Shown here one piece after another: positions 57,019-64,000 of a DNA stretch of 64,000 nucleotides. The stretch comes from Octopus vulgaris (taxonomy: Eukaryota), in assembly GCA_951406725.2 (NCBI GenBank), contig OX597832.1:44764001-44828000 (forward strand). Direction: 5' to 3'. A program made the position numbers and the translations under genes. The stretch's first letter is position 1; each line of letters opens with the position of its first letter. The notes below the pieces were generated by a model. That model was not told the origin of the DNA. It saw nothing but the letters and a program-made list of their open reading frames with translations, and ran no database searches.

Positions 57019-57130
57019 GCATACATACATACATACATACATACATACATACATGCATACATACATATATGCATACATACATATATGCATACATACATAC
57101 ATACATACATACATACATACATACATACAT
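56398..57130. repeat. (CA)n / (CATA)n microsatellite
   Basis: Direct reading. Confidence 0.95.
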
Positions 57131-57296
57131 AGGGGAGGAGGAAAACATCCATTATGCCGAATTAATGAGAAACTTACACCACATATTTCATTTTTGGATT
57201 TGGTTTGCAAGATTCTTTATGTGAGTTCGTGTGTTGAAGCATATTCTGTTGTGTCTGGGGAGAGTCATTTTCTTTTTGTGCCTTATTATGTAACAC

Positions 57297-57705
57297 ACTC
57301 TTTACTCTTTTACTCTTTTACTTGTTTCAGTCATTTGACTACGGCCATGCTGGAGCACCGCCTTTAGTTGAGCAAATCGACCCCGGGACTTATTCTTTGT
57401 AAGCCCAGTACTTATTCTTTTGCTGAACCGCTAAGTGACGGGGACGTAAACACACCAGCATCGGTTGTCAAGCAATGCTAGGGGGACAAACACAGACACA
57501 CAAACATATACACACACACTTATATATATATACATATATACGACAGGCTTCTTTCAGTTTCCGTCTACCAAATCCACTCACAAGGCATTGGTCGGCCCGG
57601 GACTATAGCAGAAGACACTTGCCCAAGATGCCACGCAGTGGGACTGAACCCGGAACCATGTGGTTGGTTAGCAAGCTACTTACCACACAGCCACTCCTGT
57701 GCCTA
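57297..57705 (-). mobile_element. SINE family A inserted in a fold-back element
   Basis: Match to family A; the flanks are mutual inverted repeats. Confidence 0.88.
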
Positions 57706-58007
57706 TTGAAAAGGTTGCAAGATGCAACGAAAATTTTAGGAAAATAAAAATAAAATGAGTGGAAATTTTATCGGGGAGTGTATTAAATTATAAGGCACAA
57801 AAAGGAAATGACTCTCCCCAGACACAATAGATTACACCTCATATATTCAGACCATAAATTTTCATTTGTACCAATTATCATAACTGTACTTAGTTAAGTA
57901 ATAACAGACATGCGATAAAAGTCTCCAAATTCTGGGTTTCTCTTGGAAAGAACAAAGTAAATTAACACACATCCTTCGATTCCAATTGGGTGCAGTGAAA
58001 ATTTGTA

Positions 58008-58392
58008 AGTGGCTGTGTGGTAAGAAGTTTGCTTTCAAACCACATGGTTCTGGGTTCAATCGCACTGTGCAACACCTTGGGCAAGAGACTTCTAATCTAA
58101 CCTGAAGCAAACTAAAGCCTTGTGAGCCGATCCGCTAAGTTACGGGGATGTAAACACACCAGCATTGGTTGTCAAGCAATGTTGGGGGGACAAACACAGA
58201 CACACACATATATATATATATATACATACAACGGGCTTCCTTTAGTTTCCGTCTACCAAATCCACTCACAAGGCTTTGGTCGGCCCGAGGCTATAGTAGA
58301 AGACACTTGCCCAAAGTGCCACGCAGTGGGACTGAACCCGGAACCATGGGGTTCGTAAGCAAGCTACTTACCACACAGCCACTCCTACGCCT
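58008..58392. mobile_element. Fused inverted SINE family A halves
   Basis: A plus-strand head (58008-58127) is joined to a minus-strand copy (about 58128-58392). Confidence 0.75.
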
Positions 58393-58954
58393 AATTTTAC
58401 ATCATAAAAATTTCAAGGCTTATGAGATAATGTGTGATTAATTTCTAAACAATGTGAATAAACAAACATTACATTGGACCGAGTAATCTGAATGCTAAAG
58501 AGTTAAACCACAAACTAGAGTGAGACGTATACACATCCACTCATACATACCAGCCACAAAGTTAAAATACAACCAACCAGCTATTGTTTTGTGAGACCAC
58601 AAGAGAAAAAAATATGCACACTTGTGAAAATTAATGTGGTCAGAAAATTACAGGGAAAGTAAAAGCTTATGGACCATTGATAAGGGGTTTGCTAATATCC
58701 GGTACCCAAAATACGCTTTTAGTTTCATGCCAATTGTTACAGAAGCAATAGAATACAAACCGACCTGCCTGGAACAAATTATGACTGAATTAGGATTCTT
58801 GGGAACAGATATGACAAATGGTTATGATATGTAGGGCAATGGAAATATAAAAAAAAATGCAAGACCTTAAGAGTTAAAAGATGTTCCTTCACAACCTTAC
58901 TTCAAAGTAGGGGACCAGTCAAAATTAACCCTAAATTAAAAAGGGGAAAATGAA

Positions 58955-58988
<34 letters not shown>

Positions 58989-59253
58989 CACACAAGTGCA
59001 CACACACACACTCATGCATACATAAACAGACAGATACATACATACATGCTTGCATATATACATACAAAATGAACATATATTTATTTAAAAGAACATGTGA
59101 AGGCCAAATTGATATACTAATTTGGCTTACAATTGTATGAGCGCAAATCTCGTAGCCAAGAATGAGAACACCTACTTGGCAGTGACTTATTGGTCTATTG
59201 CTTGCATAAATGTTATACATACATACATACATACATACATGTATATATATATG

Positions 59254-59299
<46 letters not shown>

Positions 59300-59313
59300 G
59301 TATACACACACAC

Positions 59314-59344
<31 letters not shown>

Positions 59345-59611
59345 AGCTTTACACAAGCTGTCTCATTCAATTCTTTCGTGGTCATTGCAAGTGAAACAAG
59401 ATAGTGACTAATCAGCAAGCAGGTAGACAGAAGAGTTTGCTAAATAACTTCTAGCTTGTCAAGTATACAAGATAAACAAAAAAAAAATGAAAAAAACCCC
59501 AAAAAAACAAACAAACAAATCGACCATGCTCAAACCTTGTGACAGTATGGCTTCATTATAGAATGGTGTTTGACTCAATTTGTTCACTAATGGCATTTGA
59601 AAATCGAATGG

Positions 59612-60220
59612 AGGGCAACGAGCTGGCAGAAACGTTAGCACACCGGGCGAAATGCTTAGCGGTATTTCGTCTGCCGCTACGTTGTGAGTTCAAATTCCGC
59701 CGAGGTTGACTTTGCCTTTCATCCTTTTGGGGTCGATAAATTAAGTACCAGTTACGCACTGGGAGTCGATGTAATCGACTTAATACCTATGTCTGTCCTT
59801 GTTTGTTCCCTCTGTGTTTAGCCCCTTGTGGGTAGTAAAGAAATAGGTATTTCGTCTGCCGCTACGTTCTGTGTTCAAATTCCGCCGAGGTCGACTTTGC
59901 CTTTCATCCTTTCGGGGTCGATAAATTAAGTACCAGTTATGCACTGGTTCGATGTAATCGACTTAATCCGTTTGTCTGTCCTTGTTTGTCCCCTCTGTGT
60001 TTAGCCCCTTGTGGGTAATAAAGAAATAGGTATTTCGTCTGCCGCTACGTTCTGTGTTCAAATTCCGCCGAGGTTGACTTTGCCTTTCATCCTTTCGGGG
60101 TCGATTAAATAAGTACCAGTTTTGCACTGGGGTCGATGTAATCAACTTAATCCGTTTGTCTGTCCTTTTTTGTCCCCTCTGTGTTTAGCCCCTTGTGGGT
60201 AGTAAAGAAATAGGTATTTG
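59612..60220 (+). mobile_element. Tandem array of 3 SINE family B units
   Basis: One full head followed by repeats of about 185 bp. Solo fragments also occur at about 2290-2460 and 49160-49480. Confidence 0.85.
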
Positions 60221-60859
60221 AAAATCGATAAATGGAAACTGTAGAGCAGTGTTCCCCAACCTATTTCCCAGCCCCATGTCCCATTATAACTTTCCTCAAA
60301 AAGTGCATGCTCCGTCAGAGGTTGGAGACAAACAACTTATCACAATTATTTAATACAAAAGAATCAACCGGTAACTCTTTTATTAAGTACAGAGTACAAA
60401 AGAAAAGTACATTATTGACTAAGGAAAAGAAAAGACTTCACAATTCCAGGTCCTTCTAAAAAAAAATGTAAAACAAATGTAGGCGTAGGAGTGGCTGTGT
60501 GGTAAGTAGCTTGCTTATGAACCACATGGTTCCGGGTTCAGTCCCACTGCGCAGCACCTTGGATAAGTGTCTTATAATATAGCCTCGGGCCGACCAAAGC
60601 CTTGTGAGTGGATTTGGTAGCCGGAAACTGAAAGAAGCCCTCCTCCTCCTCCACCACCACCACCCTCCACCTCCTTCTCATCCCTCTTTCATTCCTCCCC
60701 CCCTTCTCCTCCCGACCATTTCCCTTCTGCCTCCTTCTTTTCCCCTCCAACCCTTCTCCTCCTTCCTTTTCCTCCTTCTCCTCTTCCCTGCCTTCTCCCA
60801 TCTCCTCCTCATTCCCCTCGCCACCTCTCCTCACGACCAGACCATCGTTGTCTATTTTT

Positions 60860-63800
60860 CAGAGTATGTCCAGGATAAAATTATCCAGTATATCTTTTCC
60901 TTTCCCAAGAGAGTAGAGGGTATGATTTGAGGAAAATTTGCTTGCTATTTCTAGCAGATCAAGCAAATATATAGAGCCTCTCTCATTTAGAGTATGCCCA
61001 GGATTAAATTATCCAATATAGCCTTTCCTTTCCCAAGAGAGCAAAGGGTATGATTTGAGGAAAATTTGCTTGCTATTTCTAGCAGATCAAGCAAATATAT
61101 AGAGGCTCTCTCATTTAGAGTATGTCCAGGATAAAATTATCCAATATATCCTTTCCTTTCCCAAGAGAGTAGAGGGTATGATTTGAGGAACATTTGCTTG
61201 CTATTTCTAGCAGATCAAGCAAATATATAGAGGCTCTCTCATTTAGAGTATGTCCAGGATAAAATTATCCAATATATCCTTTCCTTTCCCAAGAGAGTAG
61301 AGGGTATGATTTGAGGAACATTTGCTTGCTATTTCTAGCAGATCAAGCAAATATGTAGAGGCTCTCTCATTTAGAGTATGCCCAGGATTAAATTATCCAA
61401 TATATCCTTTCCTTTCCCAAGAGAGCAAAGGGTATGATTTGAGGAAAATTTGCTTGCTATTTCTAGCAGATCAAGCAAATATATAGAGGCTCTCTCATTT
61501 AGAGTATGCCCAGGATTAAATTATCCAATATATCCTTTCCTTTCCCAAGAGAGCAAAGGGTATGATTTGAGGAAAATTTGCTTGCTATTTCTAGCAGATC
61601 AAGCAAATATATAGAGGCTCTCTCATTTAGAGTATGTCCAGGATAAAATTATCCAATATATCCTTTCCTTTCCCAAGAGAGTAGAGGGTATGATTTGAGG
61701 AACATTTGCTTGCTATTTCTAGCAGATCAAGCAAATATATAGAGGCTCTCTCATTTAGAGTATGCCCAGGATTAAATTATCCAATATATCCTTTCCTTTC
61801 CCAAGAGAGCAAAGGGTATGATTTGAGGAAAATTTGCTTGCTATTTCTAGCAGATCAAGCAAATATATAGAGGCTCTCTCATTTAGAGTATGTCCAGGAT
61901 AAAATTATCCAATATATCCTTTCCTTTCCCAAGAGAGTAGAGGGTATGATTTGAGGAACATTTGCTTGCTATTTCTAGCAGATCAAGCAAATATATAGAG
62001 GCTCTCTCATTTAGAGTATGCCCAGGATTAAATTATCCAATATATCCTTTCCTTTCCCAAGAGAGCAAAGGGTATGATTTGAGGAAAATTTGCTTGCTAT
62101 TTCTAGCAGATCAAGCAAATATATAGAGGCTCTCTCATTTAGAGTATGCCCAGGATTAAATTATCCAATATATCCTTTCCTTTCCCAAGAGAGCAAAGGG
62201 TATGATTTGAGGAAAATTTGCTTGCTATTTCTAGCAGATCAAGCAAATATATAGAGGCTCTCTCATTTAGAGTATGCCCAGGATTAAATTATCCAATATA
62301 TCCTTTCCTTTCCCAAGAGAGCAAAGGGTATGATTTGAGGAAAATTTGCTTGCTATTTCTAGCAGATCAAGCAAATATATAGAGGCTCTCTCATTTAGAG
62401 TATGCCCAGGATTAAATTATCCAATATATCCTTTCCTTTCCCAAGAGAGCAAAGGGTATGATTTGAGGAAAATTTGCTTGCTATTTCTAGCAGATCAAGC
62501 AAATATATAGAGGCTCTCTCATTTAGAGTATGCCCAGGATTAAATTATCCAATATATCCTTTCCTTTCCCAAGAGAGCAAAGGGTATGATTTGAGGAAAA
62601 TTTGCTTGCTATTTCTAGCAGATCAAGCAAATATATAGAGGCTCTCTCATTTAGAGTATGCCCAGGATTAAATTATCCAATATATCCTTTCCTTTCCCAA
62701 GAGAGCAAAGGGTATGATTTGAGGAAAATTTGCTTGCTATTTCTAGCAGATCAAGCAAATATATAGAGGCTCTCTCATTTAGAGTATGCCCAGGATTAAA
62801 TTATCCAATATATCCTTTCCTTTCCCAAGAGAGCAAAGGGTATGATTTGAGGAAAATTTGCTTGCTATTTCTAGCAGATCAAGCAAATATATAGAGGCTC
62901 TCTCATTTAGAGTATGCCCAGGATTAAATTATCCAATATATCCTTTCCTTTCCCAAGAGAGCAGAGGGTATGATTTGAGGAAAATTTGCTTGCTATTTCT
63001 AGCAGATCAAGAAAATATATAGAGGTCCTCTCATTTAGAGTATGCCCAGGATTAAATTATCCAATATAGCCTTTCCTTTCCCAAGAGAGCAAAGGGTATG
63101 ATTTGAGGAAAATTTGCTTGCTATTTCTAGCAGATCAAGCAAATATATAGAGGCTCTCTCATTTAGAGTATGCCCAGGATTAAATTATCCAATATATCCT
63201 TTCCTTTCCCAAGAGAGCAAAGGGTATGATTTGAGGAAAATTTGCTTGCTATTTCTAGCAGATCAAGCAAATATATAGAGGTTCTCTCATTTAGAGTATG
63301 CCCAGGATTAAATTATCCAATATATCCTTTCCTTTCCCAAGAGAGCAAAGGGTATGATTTGAGGAAAATTTGCTTGCTATTTCTAGCAGATCAAGCAAAT
63401 ATATAGAGGCTCTCTCATTTAGAGTATGCCCAGGATTAAATTATCCAATATATCCTTTCCTTTCCCAAGAGAGCAAAGGGTATGATTTGAGGAAAATTTG
63501 CTTGCTATTTCTAGCAGATCAAGCAAATATATAGAGGTTCTCTCATTTAAAGTATGCCCAGGATTAAATTATCCAATATATCCTTTCCTTTCCCAAGAGA
63601 GCAAAGGGTATGATTTGAGGAAAATTTGCTTGCTATTTCTAGCAGATCAAGCAAATATATAGAGGTTCTCTCATTTAGAGTATGCCCAGGATTAAATTAT
63701 CCAATATAGCCTTTCCTTTCCCAAGAGAGCAAAGGGTATGATTTGAGGAAAATTTGCTTGCTATTTCTAGCAGATCAAGAAAATATATAGAGGTTCTCTC

Positions 63801-64000
63801 ATTTAGAGTATGCCCAGGATTAAATTATCCAATATATCCTTTCCTTTCCCAAGAGAGCAAAGGGTATGATTTGAGGAAAATTTGCTTGCTATTTCTAGCA
63901 GATCAAGCAAATATATAGAGGTTCTCTCATTTAGAGTATGCCCAGGATTAAATTATCCAATATATCCTTTCCTTTCCCAAGAGAGCAAAGGGTATGATTT
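60860..64000. repeat. 128-bp satellite array, at least 24 copies, running off the window
   Basis: tatgatttgagg starts at 60921, 61049, 61177, 61305 and onward (period 128). Confidence 0.97.

Noticed and set aside
58634-58920. 66-aa ORF and a nearby 'FKVGD' word suggestive of a Gypsy integrase remnant
   Set aside because: Too short and degraded to support a call.
60860-64000. CRISPR-like periodicity
   Set aside because: No unique spacers; it is a eukaryotic satellite.

Overview
AT-rich, repeat-dense animal DNA, most likely an octopus (coleoid cephalopod); this is inferred from the SINE and microsatellite repertoire. The only confidently recognisable protein-coding sequence is the first coding exon of a Rab6 GTPase gene on the minus strand (45918-45987, [23 protein letters not shown], phase-1 donor GTGAGT). 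I could not find exon 2, so positions 1-45917 appear to be a >45 kb first intron. Most of the window consists of tRNA-derived SINE families, LINE (RTE, CR1) 3' ends, Penelope-like fragments, piggyBac- and hAT-type MITEs, microsatellites and tandem arrays (about 180-220, 125 and 128 bp units). Most ORFs in the supplied track are microsatellite or SINE artefacts. The most notable observation is a highly structured non-coding element carrying a type I hammerhead ribozyme. It occurs twice (3198-3600 and about 32506-32790), with a 355-nt unit plus terminal redundancy, TSD-like flanks and compensatory base changes, consistent with a non-LTR retrozyme (circular-RNA retroelement). Further hammerhead-like motifs and several long fold-back sequences are also present.
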